A stretch of 64,000 nt of DNA from Elusimicrobia bacterium HGW-Elusimicrobia-1. Lineage in GTDB: Bacteria; Elusimicrobiota; Endomicrobiia; PHAN01. A program made the position numbers and the translations under genes. Shown here one piece after another: positions 44,523-54,257 of the stretch. The stretch is taken from contig PHAN01000016.1 in NCBI GenBank assembly GCA_002841695.1, positions 4,024-68,023 on the forward strand, given 5' to 3'. Within the stretch, counting starts at the first letter, position 1, and each line of letters begins with the position of its first letter. The notes under the pieces were generated by a model. The model saw only the letters and a list, made by a program, of their open reading frames with translations, made no database searches and had not been told where the DNA came from.

Positions 44523-44948
44523 ATGTATGTCGGCTATTTCCTTCACGCAGTAGACAAAAAAAATCGAATATTCATACCTTACCGCTTCCGCTCCGGAAAA
44601 AACAATTACGTCCTTTCGCGCGGTCTGGAAAAATGCCTTTGGCTTTTCGATTCTCCGCGCTGGTCGCAAATCCTCGATAAATTTGAAAATCTCTCCTGGC
44701 AGGACAAATCCAAACAGAGGGCTTTTAAAAGAACGCTTCTGGCCGGCGCCGTCGAGTGCGGTATGGACTCGCAGGGCCGTCTGATAATCCCATCGCATCT
44801 TATGGAGTACGCGGGCATCAGGAAAGAGTCGTCGGTAATCGGCATGGGCGACCGCATAGAGATATGGGACAGCGCCGTCTGGAAGAAATACTCCACGGGC
44901 TTCGGCGAAAAATCTTTTGCGGCGCTGGCTGAGAAACTGGATATATAG
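44523..44948 (+). CDS. mraZ: Transcriptional regulator MraZ
   Basis: Two DXXXR-type repeats (HAVDKKNRIFIP; GMDSQGRLIIP). ATG 44523 chosen so that the operator repeats remain upstream. Confidence 0.85.
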   Translation: MYVGYFLHAVDKKNRIFIPYRFRSGKNNYVLSRGLEKCLWLFDSPRWSQILDKFENLSWQDKSKQRAFKRTLLAGAVECGMDSQGRLIIPSHLMEYAGIRKESSVIGMGDRIEIWDSAVWKKYSTGFGEKSFAALAEKLDI

Positions 44949-45818
44949 ATGAAGCACATCCCGGTGCTCGTCGAAGAAATCGTGAATTTCCTGTCCCCCG
45001 TCACGGGCGGATTTTACGTAGACGCTACCCTGGGGACGGGCGGACACTCAAGAAGGATACTTGAATCCTGCCCCGACGCGCGGGTGACGGGAATGGACGT
45101 AGACCCGGCGGCGGTGGCGCTGGCCGTCGAGAATCTCAAAGATTTCGGCGGCAGATTTACCGCCGTGACCGACAATTACAGAAACATCGCCGCGGTTACG
45201 GAGCGATTCGGCAAAGCCGACGGCATACTGGCCGATCTGGGGATGTCGTCGCTGCAGCTCGACGACCCGTCGCGCGGGTTTTCGTTCGGCGCGGACGGCG
45301 TCCTCGATATGAGAATGTCGCCGCGGCTTCCGTTGACTGCCGCCGACGTCGTGAATAAATTCCCCGCCGACGAGCTTGAAAGAATATTCCGCGAGTACGG
45401 CGACGAAAGATACGCGCGACGGATAGCCGGTGCGGTCGCCTCGGAAAGAAAATCGCGCGCGTTTTGCGGCGCGGCGGATTTTGCGGCTTTTGTGGCTTCT
45501 AAGGCGCCGCGCGGCCGCGGGGGAATACATCCGGCCACGCGGGTTTTTCAGGCGCTCAGGATATACGTCAACTCGGAACTGGATAATCTCGACGCCCTGC
45601 TGGCGGCCGCTCCCGCCGCGCTCAAATCCGGAGGGCGTTTGGCGGTGATAAGTTTTCACTCGAAAGAGGACGGCGCCGTTAAAAGAGCTTTTAAGTCGAT
45701 GGCGGCCGACGGAACCGCGCGTTTGCTGACCAAGAAGCCCGTGAGGCCGTCGGACGGTGAGATTGCGTCCAACCCGCGCAGTCGCTCGGCTAAGCTGAGA
45801 GTAATGGAAAAAATATGA
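44949..45818 (+). CDS. rsmH: 16S rRNA (cytosine1402-N4)-methyltransferase
   Basis: HIPVLVEEIV..DATLGTGGHS, plus the C-terminal region typical of MraW. Confidence 0.9.
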   Translation: MKHIPVLVEEIVNFLSPVTGGFYVDATLGTGGHSRRILESCPDARVTGMDVDPAAVALAVENLKDFGGRFTAVTDNYRNIAAVTERFGKADGILADLGMSSLQLDDPSRGFSFGADGVLDMRMSPRLPLTAADVVNKFPADELERIFREYGDERYARRIAGAVASERKSRAFCGAADFAAFVASKAPRGRGGIHPATRVFQALRIYVNSELDNLDALLAAAPAALKSGGRLAVISFHSKEDGAVKRAFKSMAADGTARLLTKKPVRPSDGEIASNPRSRSAKLRVMEKI

Positions 45819-45840
45819 TATCTCGGGCGGTATTCTTTGA

Positions 45841-46095
45841 ATGAAAGAAAAAGTAACAGGGCTGGCTTTGGTTTTTCTGTTTCTGGGCGTGATAGTTTGG
45901 CAAAGCGTCTCAGTCGACAGAAATCGTTATATCCTGCGGGAGTATTTCGCGCGCAGAGACGAGCTTTCCGCGATAAACCAAAAATATTTTTTGCGCCTTA
46001 AAAGCATTATGTCGTCGGAAGCGATGATGCGCTACGCCTCAGGAAAAAAATATCGCTTCGCCTCCGCGAGCGATATAATCATAGCGGAACAATGA
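45841..46095 (+). CDS. ftsL: Cell division protein FtsL-like (single TM helix, small)
   Basis: 84 aa. TM helix LALVFLFLGVIVW. Conserved position between rsmH and ftsI. Confidence 0.6.
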   Translation: MKEKVTGLALVFLFLGVIVWQSVSVDRNRYILREYFARRDELSAINQKYFLRLKSIMSSEAMMRYASGKKYRFASASDIIIAEQ

Positions 46096-47753
46096 CAAAA
46101 AAGAGATTCGCCGGGATATTTATCGGAGTTTGCGCGGCATGGCTGCTCGTCGCCGCCCGTCTTTTTATGTTGCAGATTTGGTCTCCGCCCGACGGGTGCG
46201 ATGGATTCGCTCCCAAAGAGACGGTCGAAAACGGCCCGCGCGGAACCATTTATGATCGCAACGGCGAGGTCCTTGTGATGAGTCGCAAGATGACAGGGCT
46301 TTTTATGGACGCCAAGCTTGTCGAAGAGTCCGGCGGCGTTTCCTCGCTTTACGAAAGAATCAGATCTGTTTCTTCGATGAGCAAAAGCGAACTTGCCCGC
46401 ATGGCCGCCACAAAAAGAAGATACATACCGCTGGACATCGAGTTTCCCGCCGATGAAATCGCGGCGATAAGGTCCTTGAATATTCCGGGGATAGGCATGG
46501 AAGAGCGGGTGAGGCGGGTATATCCCGAGGGCGAACTCGCCAGAGAACTTCTGGGCATATGCGGCACACACGCTAAAACCGGCGCCGAGCTTGCCTTCGA
46601 CGGCCAGTTGAGCGGCCACGCCGTGCGGGTAAGAAAGCAGCGCGACGGCGCGGGCAGAAGCATTCCCGAAGATTTTTATTTTGAAGAAGTATCCCGCGGC
46701 GCCGACGTTTATTTGACGATAGACAAAAACATACAGCATATAGCCGAGCGGGCCGCCGCGGAATCCATGGAAGCGACAGGGGCCGCGGGGGTCGTCATCA
46801 TCGTGCAGAATCCTGTCGACGGGGAAATACTGGCGGCCGCCACCCGACGGAAAACGCCGTCGGCCAGAATATCTCCCATTGCCGAGGTGTTCGAGCCGGG
46901 CTCGACGTTCAAGATATTTACGTACGCGCTGGCTTTTGCCGAGGGCGCCATCAAGGATGACGAACTGATATTTTGTGAAAACGGAAAGTATAAAATTTAT
47001 GACAAATACATCGGCGACCACGAAAAAAAGGGGACGTTGACCGTGCGCGAGGCCTTCGCTTTTTCGTCAAATATCGCCTGCGCAAAAATATCGCAGCGCA
47101 TTTCCGTCGACAAAATCAGGACGTCCGTAAGAAATTTCGGTTTCGGCGCGCAATCGGGCATCAAGCTGCCCGGCGAAGAGAAAGGTCTTATGCCCCGTAA
47201 ATGGGACCCGTTTACGACCGCGACGGTTTCATTCGGACAGGGTATCGGAGTTACGCCCATACAGCTTGCCAACGCATATTCGTCTATAGCAAACGGCGGA
47301 TGGCTTCTGGAGCCCAGGATAGAAAAAAAAATTGTGTCGGCCGACGGGCGGCGCAGGGCGCAGGAAAGCGGCCGCACCGTCGTGCGGCGCGTTGCCGACG
47401 ACAAAACAGTCGCGGCTCTTAAGGAAATGCTGGGAGATGTGGTCAGTTACGGCACGGGACAGCACAGCGCGGTGCCGGGTTACAACATAGGCGGCAAGAC
47501 CGGCACGGCACAGAAAATCGACGTCGCCACGGGACGCTATTCTAAAAAACATTATGTGTCCTCTTTCTGCGGGATAGTGCCTCTGGAAGATCCGCGGCTT
47601 ACTGTTTTTGTAATGGTAGATTCGCCGGCCAAGGGCGATTACTGGGGTTCCACCGTCGCGGCGCCGGTATTCGCCAGAGTGGCGGGCGCCGCCGCCGCGT
47701 ATATGAGGATACCGCCGTCGCCTTCCGGCGCGAAGCTGGCTTCGATCAAATGA
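46092..47753 (+). CDS. ftsI: Penicillin-binding protein (FtsI/PBP3-type transpeptidase)
   Basis: SxxK (GSTFKI), SxN (SSN) and KTGT motifs. N-terminal TM helix plus dimerisation domain. Confidence 0.88.
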   Translation: MTKKRFAGIFIGVCAAWLLVAARLFMLQIWSPPDGCDGFAPKETVENGPRGTIYDRNGEVLVMSRKMTGLFMDAKLVEESGGVSSLYERIRSVSSMSKSELARMAATKRRYIPLDIEFPADEIAAIRSLNIPGIGMEERVRRVYPEGELARELLGICGTHAKTGAELAFDGQLSGHAVRVRKQRDGAGRSIPEDFYFEEVSRGADVYLTIDKNIQHIAERAAAESMEATGAAGVVIIVQNPVDGEILAAATRRKTPSARISPIAEVFEPGSTFKIFTYALAFAEGAIKDDELIFCENGKYKIYDKYIGDHEKKGTLTVREAFAFSSNIACAKISQRISVDKIRTSVRNFGFGAQSGIKLPGEEKGLMPRKWDPFTTATVSFGQGIGVTPIQLANAYSSIANGGWLLEPRIEKKIVSADGRRRAQESGRTVVRRVADDKTVAALKEMLGDVVSYGTGQHSAVPGYNIGGKTGTAQKIDVATGRYSKKHYVSSFCGIVPLEDPRLTVFVMVDSPAKGDYWGSTVAAPVFARVAGAAAAYMRIPPSPSGAKLASIK

Positions 47754-49243
47754 AACTTTCAGAACTGCTTGCAAATATCCCCGGAATAAACGCGGAACAT
47801 AACAATATCCCCGATGTGGAGATATCGGGCGTCCGCACGGATTCAAGAAAGACGCGCCGCGGCGATCTTTTTGTGGCGCTCGATGGAGCCCGCGCGAAGG
47901 GCGCGGATTTTGCGTCCGCGGCGTTTGCCGCCGGAGCCGTCGCGGCCCTCGTTCCCGCGACGAGCGGTCTTGCCCCCGAAGGCAAAATAATAACGGCCGC
48001 CGACATCAACGCCGCCGTCGCCGCGATAACTTCGCGGTTTTTCGGAAATCCTTCCGCGAAAATGCAAGTGATAGGCGTGACGGGCACCAACGGCAAAACC
48101 ACTTTCACTTATCTTATGGAAGCGATATCTTCCCGCGTCAAAAAAACAGGCGTTATAGGCACAATAAATTATCGCTACGGCGGAAAAATTTTCCCGGCGC
48201 CCAACACGACGCCGTTTGCCGGCGATCTTGCCGAACTTTTGGCGAATATGAAGTCGCGCGGGGTCAAGACCGTCGTTATGGAGGTGTCGAGCCATTCGCT
48301 TTCGCAGCGCCGCGTCGACGGTGTGGAGTTCGACTGCGCCGTGTTCACCAATCTCACGCAGGATCATCTGGACTATCACGGAGATATGCAGAGTTATTTT
48401 GAAGCCAAGAAGCGCCTGTTCGCGGACTTGATGGCCAAGAGTCCGAAAAAGAATAAAACCTGCGTGGTCAATATCGACGATGAATGGGGGGGGAAACTCG
48501 CGCAGTCGATTGCTTCCATCGAGGGCGGCGCGCGGATTGTGACTTGTTCCGCGCAAGGTTCCGCCGACGCGCGGATGTCTGACTTGCGTATGAGCCCGCG
48601 AGGCGCCGCTTTTACGTGCGAGATATCGGGGCTCAAACATAAATTCGAGACGCAATTGATAGGGAGATATAATATTTCCAACGCTTTTCTGGCGGCGGTC
48701 GCGGCGCTGTCCTGCGGGTTTTCCGCGTCCGACGTCAAAAAGGGCATATCAGCCCTGAAGCGCATTCCCGGACGTCTGGAAACTATTCATGCCAGAAAAG
48801 GTTTTACAGTCGTCATAGATTACGCGCACACTCCCGACGCCTTATCCAAAGTGATAGGCACTCTGCGGGATCTTCGACCCGGCCGTCTGATAACCGTTTT
48901 CGGATGCGGCGGCGACCGCGACAGAACCAAGCGTCCCATGATGGGCGCCGCCGCCGCGGAGGGCAGCGACTTAGTCGTGGTGACGTCGGATAATCCCCGC
49001 ACGGAGGATCCGCATAAAATAATTCTGGATATCGAGATAGGCATAAAAAAAACCGGCGCTTCAAATTACAGCATAATAATGGACAGAAAAGAGGCCATCG
49101 GCTATGCCATAGGAGCCGCCCGTCCGCGGGATATTGTGCTTCTTGCGGGCAAGGGCCACGAAACCTGCCAGATAATAGGCGAAGAAAAAATACCGTTCAG
49201 CGATTATGACGTCGCCGTCGAGGCAATTAAAAACCGCGCATGA
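47750..49243 (+). CDS. murE: UDP-N-acetylmuramoyl-L-alanyl-D-glutamate--2,6-diaminopimelate ligase
   Basis: GVTGTNGKTT. DNPR motif present (DNPRTEDP), consistent with meso-DAP specificity. Mur ligase layout. Confidence 0.88.
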   Translation: MKLSELLANIPGINAEHNNIPDVEISGVRTDSRKTRRGDLFVALDGARAKGADFASAAFAAGAVAALVPATSGLAPEGKIITAADINAAVAAITSRFFGNPSAKMQVIGVTGTNGKTTFTYLMEAISSRVKKTGVIGTINYRYGGKIFPAPNTTPFAGDLAELLANMKSRGVKTVVMEVSSHSLSQRRVDGVEFDCAVFTNLTQDHLDYHGDMQSYFEAKKRLFADLMAKSPKKNKTCVVNIDDEWGGKLAQSIASIEGGARIVTCSAQGSADARMSDLRMSPRGAAFTCEISGLKHKFETQLIGRYNISNAFLAAVAALSCGFSASDVKKGISALKRIPGRLETIHARKGFTVVIDYAHTPDALSKVIGTLRDLRPGRLITVFGCGGDRDRTKRPMMGAAAAEGSDLVVVTSDNPRTEDPHKIILDIEIGIKKTGASNYSIIMDRKEAIGYAIGAARPRDIVLLAGKGHETCQIIGEEKIPFSDYDVAVEAIKNRA

Positions 49244-50661
49244 ATACGACTCGTCTGATGGATTTCGTCAAAATTGTCGGAGGCGTGTTTATCAGCGGCG
49301 ACCCGCACGAGTGCTTCCGCTCGGTTTCCGTGGATACGCGCACTCTGGCCGCCGGCGATTGTTATTTCGCGCTGGTCGGCCCGGTTCACGACGGACACGA
49401 TTTTATAAAAGAGGCGGTTTCAAAAAACGCCGGAGTAATAGTGTTTTCCCGCGGCGATATAACCCTCTCCGAAAACAAAATATCCCTGGGCATCCCCGCG
49501 CTTATAAAAGTTGACGACACTCTTAAGGCGCTCGGAGATTACGCGGCGGCTTCCAGACGGGAGTTTGACGCGCGAGTGGCTGTCGTAGCCGGTTCCAACG
49601 GCAAGACGACGGTAAAAAATATGCTTTCAGACATTCTGACTCTCGAAGGCAATACTCATAAGAGTCCTTCTAATTACAATAATCTGGTGGGATTGCCGTT
49701 ATCTATACTGGGCGCGTCCGGCGACGAAAAATTTGTCGTGCTTGAGGCGGGCATATCGGTGCGCGGAGAGATGGAGCGGCTGGGAAAAATCGCCTCTCCG
49801 GACGTCGCGATTTTAACAAACATAGGGGCCGAGCATCTTGCCGGTTTCGGCGATATGGAAGGAGTTCTGCGGGAAGAGACCAAACTGCTCGATTCGCTGC
49901 GGCCGGGAGGCGTGGCCGCGCTTAACATCGACGACGAACGCCTGTCGGGCGTTTCGCGCACACTGAAAAAATCGGTTATACGTTATTCGGTTCGTTCAAT
50001 GCCCGGCGCCGACATTTCGGCGGCGTCGGTGACCGTCTCTCCGGACGGTGTGGAATTTATAATGGATTATGCCGGCGAGGCGCTGGATATAAATCTTCGA
50101 GTCAACGGGGTTTTCAATGTTTCAAACGCTCTTGCCGCCGCCTCCGCGGCCAAGGCCTTCGGGGCGCCGGCCGAAAAAGTTAAAGCGGGTCTTGACGGCT
50201 TTGCTCCGGTGGCGGGCAGGATGCAGAAGTTGAAACTGCCGAACGGCGGAGTCATAATAAATGACGCGTATAACGCAAACCCGGATTCTATGAGGGCGGC
50301 TCTTGCGGCTTTCTGCGAGGCATATCCCCAGTGTTCAAAAATTTTCGTGCTCGGCGATATGCTTGAAACCGGCGCGGCCGAAACCAAAGAACACGAAGCG
50401 CTCGCCGACTTCATAATGACGCTGCCCTTCGACGAGGTGTTGCTTGTCGGAGAAAGAATGCGCCATGCGCTGCGACGCATGAAAACTCTGCATCCTCCGG
50501 CGCCCGTACGCCATTTTGCTTCCGTGCGCGAATTATCGGAAGAATTGCGCGACCCCAAATACACGTCCGGCTCTTCGGCCGTGTTTTTTAAAGCGTCGCA
50601 TTCAATCGGACTTTCTGAGCCGGCAACGCAGTTATATGCGGATCATTCCCGCGAAATATAG
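49240..50661 (+). CDS. murF: UDP-N-acetylmuramoyl-tripeptide--D-alanyl-D-alanine ligase
   Basis: GSNGKTT P-loop. Mur ligase middle and C-terminal domains. Conserved gene order. Confidence 0.88.
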   Translation: MNTTRLMDFVKIVGGVFISGDPHECFRSVSVDTRTLAAGDCYFALVGPVHDGHDFIKEAVSKNAGVIVFSRGDITLSENKISLGIPALIKVDDTLKALGDYAAASRREFDARVAVVAGSNGKTTVKNMLSDILTLEGNTHKSPSNYNNLVGLPLSILGASGDEKFVVLEAGISVRGEMERLGKIASPDVAILTNIGAEHLAGFGDMEGVLREETKLLDSLRPGGVAALNIDDERLSGVSRTLKKSVIRYSVRSMPGADISAASVTVSPDGVEFIMDYAGEALDINLRVNGVFNVSNALAAASAAKAFGAPAEKVKAGLDGFAPVAGRMQKLKLPNGGVIINDAYNANPDSMRAALAAFCEAYPQCSKIFVLGDMLETGAAETKEHEALADFIMTLPFDEVLLVGERMRHALRRMKTLHPPAPVRHFASVRELSEELRDPKYTSGSSAVFFKASHSIGLSEPATQLYADHSREI

Positions 50662-50679
50662 GTATTCAAGGAGCCGCGG

Positions 50680-51765
50680 ATGCTTTATCATTTACTGTTC
50701 GGTTTAAGGAACATCTTTTCGCCGCTTAATATTTTCCAGTATATAACCTTCCGTGCTTTCGGCGCCATATTTACGTCTTTCATCCTGACGATTATTCTGA
50801 CCAATCTTATGGTCGCGTATATGAAGCGCCGCATGATTACGCAGCCGATAAGAGACGACGGTCCCGCCACGCATCACGCCAAGCAAGGCACCCCGACAAT
50901 GGGCGGAATAGCCATACTTGTTTCCATGGCGGTTACTACCGCGCTTTGGGCGCGACTTGATAACAGGTTCATACTCTGGCTTCTTGGCGGTGTTATATTT
51001 TTGGGGATGCTGGGCTTTGCCGACGACTATCTTAAACACGTCAAGAAAAATTCGCGGGGACTGTCCGCGTCAAAAAAACTTGCAGGGCAGATTGTTCTGG
51101 CCGTATCCGTGGCGCTCTACCTGAGGCAATATCCGGCGGCGGCGGCTTTTGCCGACACCATCAACATTCCGTATCTTAAAGACGCCTACATAGGCCTCGG
51201 CGCGCTTTATGCGGCGTTTGTCGTATTCGTCATTCTCGGCGCGTCCAACGGCGTAAACTTTACCGACGGGCTCGACGGTCTGGCCATAGGCAATCTTGTG
51301 GTGGCGGCTTTCACTTTTTCGATTTTCGCTTATCTGGCCGGCAATGTGCGTTTTGCGCAGTATCTTAAAATAATTTATGTGCCGGGAGCGGGCGAAATAA
51401 CGGTTTATCTGGCGGCTATGCTCGGCACCGGTCTGGGTTTTTTATGGTACAACACGCATCCCGCGCAGATATTCATGGGCGATACCGGTTCGCTTTTTCT
51501 TGGCGGCGGATTGGGCATGGTGGCGGTTTTCATAAAACAGGAACTGCTTCTGGTTATTATCGGAGGTGTTTTCGTGGCCGAAGTTTTATCCGTGATACTG
51601 CAGGTGCAGTATTTTAAAAGAACGGGCAAAAGAATTTTCCGCATGGCGCCGCTGCACCATCATTATGAACTCGGCGGGTTATCCGAACCCAAAATAACCG
51701 TAAGATTCATAATAATTTCGATAGTGCTTTCTCTGGTGGCGCTCGCTTCGTTAAAATTGCGTTGA
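50680..51765 (+). CDS. mraY: Phospho-N-acetylmuramoyl-pentapeptide transferase
   Basis: Polytopic protein. KxGTPTMGG, NGVNFTDGLDGLA and the HHH motif (APLHHHYE). Confidence 0.92.
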   Translation: MLYHLLFGLRNIFSPLNIFQYITFRAFGAIFTSFILTIILTNLMVAYMKRRMITQPIRDDGPATHHAKQGTPTMGGIAILVSMAVTTALWARLDNRFILWLLGGVIFLGMLGFADDYLKHVKKNSRGLSASKKLAGQIVLAVSVALYLRQYPAAAAFADTINIPYLKDAYIGLGALYAAFVVFVILGASNGVNFTDGLDGLAIGNLVVAAFTFSIFAYLAGNVRFAQYLKIIYVPGAGEITVYLAAMLGTGLGFLWYNTHPAQIFMGDTGSLFLGGGLGMVAVFIKQELLLVIIGGVFVAEVLSVILQVQYFKRTGKRIFRMAPLHHHYELGGLSEPKITVRFIIISIVLSLVALASLKLR

Positions 51766-51766
51766 T

Positions 51767-53095
51767 ATGAAAATAGGAATAATGGGTTTCGGCTTAACCG
51801 GAGCGGCGGTTGCGCAATTCGCTCTGGATTCCGGATGCGATGTTTTCGTGTCCGAATCGCGGGCTTCCTCGCCGCTTGCTCTTGATCCGTCGCTGCGCCG
51901 AAAAAAAACTTTCGGCGCGGAATTCGGCGGGCATACCGCCAAGCTTCTTGACGCCGATCTGATAGTCAAAAGTCCCGGCATCCGTTCCGACGAGAAAATT
52001 CTTCTGTCGGCCGCAAAAAAGGGAATTCCGGTCACGGGGGAACTTGATTTCGTGTTCGCGCGGATTCCCCGTCCCGCAAAAGTAGTGGCTATAACCGGCA
52101 CCAACGGCAAGACCACGGTCACGGCGCTTGCGGGCGCGATACTCAAAAAGAAATTTCCGAGAGTATTCGTTTGCGGCAATATAGGGCTGCCTCTTGCGGC
52201 GGTGGCAAAAAAAATCGGTCCGAGGGACGCGCTTGTTCTTGAGGTTTCAAGCTATCAGCTCGAGGATGCCCGGTTTTTTCGTCCGGATGTGTCCGTGATA
52301 CTCAATGTGACTCCCGATCACCTGGAACATCACGGCAATATGAGCGCGTACGCGGCCGCAAAGAGCAGAATATTTTTGAATCAGCGTCCTGATGACCGCT
52401 GCGTACTCAACTTTGACGACAAAATCTGCCGTCATCTTGCGGCCAAGGCGCCGTGCAAAAAAGTATTTTTCAGCGTTCGCCGCAAACTTTCCCGCGGGGC
52501 TTATTATGACGACGGTGTGTTTAATCTGAATCTGTCGGGCCGCGCGGAAAAAATAAAACTGAATCTGGCGATTCCGGGCGAGCACAACATATCCAACGCT
52601 CTGGCGGCTTTCGCCGCGTGTCGTTTGGCCGGCGCCGGTGTGGCTCAGATAAAATCCGCCGGCTCGAAATTCAATGGCGTGGAACATCGCATAGAGTCCG
52701 TCGCGGTAAAAAAAGGAGTCGGATATATCAACGATTCCAAGGCCACCAATGTATCTTCCGTCGAAGTGGCGCTCAAAGCGCTGCCCGTCGGCATTTGGCT
52801 GATTATGGGCGGACGCGATAAGGGATCGCCTTACGCGCCGCTGCTGCCGCTCATACGGAAAAAAGTAAAGGGTATATTTCTGATAGGAGAGGCCGCCGTC
52901 AGGATAGGCGCCGAGCTTCGCGGTTCCGCCGCGGTATATTTCAGCGGAGATTTGAAAACGGCCGTTTCGTCGGCCGCTAAAAAGGCGCAAGCCGGCGATA
53001 TCGTTTTACTGTCGCCCGCGTGTTCGTCGTACGACCAGTTCGAAAATTTCGAGCGTCGCGGAGAGGCCTTCAAAAAAATCGTGGGGGCTCTCTGA
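51767..53095 (+). CDS. murD: UDP-N-acetylmuramoylalanine--D-glutamate ligase
   Basis: ITGTNGKTT. MurD layout and conserved gene order. Confidence 0.88.
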   Translation: MKIGIMGFGLTGAAVAQFALDSGCDVFVSESRASSPLALDPSLRRKKTFGAEFGGHTAKLLDADLIVKSPGIRSDEKILLSAAKKGIPVTGELDFVFARIPRPAKVVAITGTNGKTTVTALAGAILKKKFPRVFVCGNIGLPLAAVAKKIGPRDALVLEVSSYQLEDARFFRPDVSVILNVTPDHLEHHGNMSAYAAAKSRIFLNQRPDDRCVLNFDDKICRHLAAKAPCKKVFFSVRRKLSRGAYYDDGVFNLNLSGRAEKIKLNLAIPGEHNISNALAAFAACRLAGAGVAQIKSAGSKFNGVEHRIESVAVKKGVGYINDSKATNVSSVEVALKALPVGIWLIMGGRDKGSPYAPLLPLIRKKVKGIFLIGEAAVRIGAELRGSAAVYFSGDLKTAVSSAAKKAQAGDIVLLSPACSSYDQFENFERRGEAFKKIVGAL

Positions 53096-53111
53096 TTCCG
53101 GGCGTTTCGGT

Positions 53112-54257
53112 TTGATGAAGATATTTATTATGAATAAAATCCAGCGCACCGACACAAAACTGCTTCTGGCCGTGACGGCTCTGGCGCTTTTCGGGGCTGT
53201 GATGGTGCTATCGGCCAGTATGCTTCTGGCGTTTAAGCGCTTCAACGCGCCTTACAGTTTTTTCTTCAAACATCTTATGTGGATGACCGTCGGTTTCGGA
53301 TGTCTCTGGTCGGCGGTGCACATAAAAACGGCTTTCGTCAGAAAATACGCCCGATGGTTTTACATCGGCATGACGGCCATGCTGGGCGGAGTTTTGCTTT
53401 TCGGCCGCGAAATAAACGGGGCAAAGCGATGGTTTGATCTTGGTTTTACGACCTTTCAGCCGTCGGAAGCCATGAAAGTGGCTATGATAATATTTCTGGC
53501 CGATTACCTTGACAGAAAAAAAAGCCGTCTTAAAACACCCGCCGGTTTCGCGCAGCTGGCGGCGCTTGTGGCAGTGCCGCTCGGTCTTATACTCGTGCAG
53601 CCCGACCTCGGCGGCGCGATAGTAATCGTCTGCGTGGCGCTGGCGATGTTTTTTCTGGCCGGCGTCAAATTGCGATATCTTGCCGCGGCGGGTTTGATTT
53701 GCGTCGCGATAGGCGCTTCGGCGATAGCCGTTACGCCTTACCGTCTCGCCAGGGTCAAAAACTTCGCCGCGACGGCCTTGTCGCCGTCGCGTGGATCCAA
53801 AACTCCGAGCGGCCCCGCCGAAGTCGAAAGTCAGCAGGGCGCCGCTCTTGCCGCGCTTGCCCGCGGCGGATGGCTTGGCGCCGGGCCGGGCTCGAGCCGT
53901 CTGAAAGTGTTCTATCTGCCGGAGCCGCACACGGATTTCGTTTTCGCGGTAATAGGCGAAGAGTTCGGCTATCTGGGCGCCATAGTCGTAATAGGTCTGT
54001 TTTTTGCGGTTTTTGCGCGAGGTCTGAGGGCCGCTTCCCTGAGCAACGATATGTTTGTGTCGCTGGCGTCGGCCGGCATAACGATCTATTTTACCGTGCA
54101 GGCGCTGTTTCACATAAGCGTCAGCTGCGGGCTTCTGCCGACAAAAGGTCTGACTCTTCCGTTTATATCCTTCGGCGGGAGTTCGCTGGTCGTAACGCTC
54201 GCCGCCGCGGGTATGCTGCTTAATTTTTCGTCGGGAAAGGGAGAACGCGCGCGATGA
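53112..54257 (+). CDS. ftsW: Peptidoglycan glycosyltransferase FtsW (SEDS family)
   Basis: Ten-TM SEDS layout with conserved PSE motif (QPSEAMK), ...TDFVFAVIGEE... and a conserved C-terminal region. Confidence 0.88.
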   Translation: MMKIFIMNKIQRTDTKLLLAVTALALFGAVMVLSASMLLAFKRFNAPYSFFFKHLMWMTVGFGCLWSAVHIKTAFVRKYARWFYIGMTAMLGGVLLFGREINGAKRWFDLGFTTFQPSEAMKVAMIIFLADYLDRKKSRLKTPAGFAQLAALVAVPLGLILVQPDLGGAIVIVCVALAMFFLAGVKLRYLAAAGLICVAIGASAIAVTPYRLARVKNFAATALSPSRGSKTPSGPAEVESQQGAALAALARGGWLGAGPGSSRLKVFYLPEPHTDFVFAVIGEEFGYLGAIVVIGLFFAVFARGLRAASLSNDMFVSLASAGITIYFTVQALFHISVSCGLLPTKGLTLPFISFGGSSLVVTLAAAGMLLNFSSGKGERAR

